Shown here one piece after another: positions 49,701-51,038 of a stretch of DNA of 51,038 nt. The DNA is from Candidatus Woesearchaeota archaeon. Its GTDB lineage: Archaea; Nanobdellota; Nanobdellia; Woesearchaeales; WAPY01. Location: the NCBI GenBank assembly GCA_038825775.1, contig JAWBOW010000003.1, forward strand, positions 1 through 51,038, read 5' to 3'. Within the stretch, counting starts at the first letter, position 1. The number at the start of each line of letters is the position of its first letter. The notes under the pieces are model-generated. The model did no database searches, was not told where the DNA came from, and worked only from the letters and a program-made list of their open reading frames with translations. The position numbers and the translations under genes are program-made.

Positions 49701-50336
49701 ATGAAAAAGAACTTTTTAAACAAAAAACAATTATTAATTAAAACTTCATTATTTTTAACCGCTTTAATTTTCATAATAATTTTATTATTATCAAATTTTT
49801 TTATTTTTTATTATTTAGAGTTGGCAAAATCATCAAAATCTAAAAACGAATTGTTAAAAAATGTTTTCCATTTTTTAGAAAGTAAGGAAAATTTGAGTAG
49901 TGCATTCTCTGAAAGAGAAGTGCTTCATCTAAATGATGTCAAAAATTTAGTCAATGCTGCAAAAATTTTTTTTGTTTTAATAATTACACTTGAATTGTCC
50001 TTGTTTTTATGCATTAAAAGATTAAAAGGATTTAATTCCAATATATTTATAGAAAATTTTATCTATTTTTTATTTGTAATTGCTTTTATAATTTTAATCT
50101 TGATTCTATTTATAAATAAAAATTTTTATTCTGCATTTTACATATTTCATTCGTTATTTTTTAAGCCGGACACTTGGATTTTTAATAATGATGATTTAAT
50201 TATAATACTATTTCCTGAGTACTATTTTAAGTTACTTGGATTAAAAATATTTGGATTATTATTTTTAGAAATAATTTTTACTATAATAATATTGTTTATG
50301 ATTAAATCTTTTAGTTCTAAAAGAAAAAATATTTAA
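49701..50336 (+). CDS. Integral membrane protein (DUF1461-like)
   Basis: FSERE..HL.DVK.L, F..FH.LFF....W.F...D.II.LFPE. Confidence 0.75.
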   Translation: MKKNFLNKKQLLIKTSLFLTALIFIIILLLSNFFIFYYLELAKSSKSKNELLKNVFHFLESKENLSSAFSEREVLHLNDVKNLVNAAKIFFVLIITLELSLFLCIKRLKGFNSNIFIENFIYFLFVIAFIILILILFINKNFYSAFYIFHSLFFKPDTWIFNNDDLIIILFPEYYFKLLGLKIFGLLFLEIIFTIIILFMIKSFSSKRKNI

Positions 50337-50387
50337 ATTTTTTCATAATTATAAAATTAAATAAATGCGATTAAAATGGTGATTTAA

Positions 50388-50438
50388 ATGGCTGCAAAGA
50401 AAAAAACAAAAACAACCAAGAAAAAATGCAAAAAGTAA
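50388..50438 (+). CDS. Candidate 16-aa lysine-rich micropeptide MAAKKKTKTTKKKCKK
   Basis: GGTGA RBS 5 nt before ATG, clean short ORF, intergenic position. Confidence 0.4.
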   Translation: MAAKKKTKTTKKKCKK

Positions 50439-50473
50439 AAAAATAAAATAAAAATTTTTTAATTTGTTTTTTC

Positions 50474-51038
50474 TTATTTTTTATTTTTATACCAATCTAC
50501 GGTCATTTTAAGTGCTTCTTCAAAATCAAAAGTCGTCTTAAAACCTAAATTTCTGATCTTTTCAGAATTAATAGCATATCTTCTATCATGACCTGGTCTA
50601 TCATTAACAAATTCTATTAAATTATAATCCTTGCTTAGCATTTCCAAAATTTTCTTTACAACTTCAATATTTTCTTTTCTTACTCTACTACCGACATTAT
50701 AAACTCCATCATCAATCTTTTTTTCAATCATTAATTCTATTGCATTATTAAAGTCCTCACAGAAAAGCCACTCCCTGATTTGTGTTCCATTTCCATAAAC
50801 AGGGATTTTTTTATTATTCAAAGCAAGAATTATGGTTTTGGGAATTAATTTTTCATGAAACTGCCAATAACCAAAAACATTACAAGGTCTTAAAATAACT
50901 GCTTTAAGTCCAAAAGTTTCTTTATAAGCGTTTATTAAACACTCTTCAGAAACCTTTGTAGCAGAATAAACATTTCTTGGTTTAAAATTATCTTCTTCCT
51001 TTGCTTCTCCTCTTAATATTTCCCCATAAACTTCGTCC
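50474..51038 (-). CDS. rfbB: dTDP-glucose 4,6-dehydratase (5' part off window)
   Basis: Frame open to window edge: DEVYG, YSATK, EKLIPK.I, PVYGNG.QIREW, DRPGHDRRY. Confidence 0.9.
   Translation of the reverse strand, partial: DEVYGEILRGEAKEEDNFKPRNVYSATKVSEECLINAYKETFGLKAVILRPCNVFGYWQFHEKLIPKTIILALNNKKIPVYGNGTQIREWLFCEDFNNAIELMIEKKIDDGVYNVGSRVRKENIEVVKKILEMLSKDYNLIEFVNDRPGHDRRYAINSEKIRNLGFKTTFDFEEALKMTVDWYKNKK

Noticed and set aside
1-51038. CRISPR arrays, IS elements, prophage, rRNA, and the remaining short ORFs overlapping well-supported genes
   Set aside because: No regularly spaced repeats, transposase, integrase or rRNA signatures seen; the short overlapping ORFs are opposite-strand shadows without motifs.

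Overview
Low-GC, gene-dense archaeal chromosome segment. The archaeal assignment rests on eL18, Rpo3/Rpo10, NAC, Sec61-beta, RadA/RadB, RPA, NurA and a BHB-intron tRNA. The salvage-heavy, partly bacterial-type gene set suggests a DPANN (Woesearchaeota/Nanoarchaeota-like) organism; that placement is inference. Core content: rps13-rps4-rps11-rpoD-tRNA-Leu-rpl18e-rpl13-rps9-rpoN operon, rps2, TrpRS, a chimeric LeuRS, SRP RNA, RNase P RNA, nucleotide-salvage enzymes and a lipA-lplA-lplB cluster. Accessory content: a Type III restriction-modification locus whose mod gene is split by a one-base frameshift in a T7 tract and is preceded by an attC-like hairpin; a large secreted PKD/Ig-repeat protein missed by the ORF track, in which 75 consecutive codons end only in T or G; and a membrane-anchored, pilin-signal-like protein carrying an M23 peptidase domain. 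Read directly from the sequence: an SRP RNA lacking helix 6, a reduced RNase P RNA, a two-intron tRNA-Leu(GAG), and structured leaders upstream of rps2 and rps13. No CRISPR array, transposase, integrase or reverse transcriptase was seen. All family calls come from motif recognition by eye; no database search was run.
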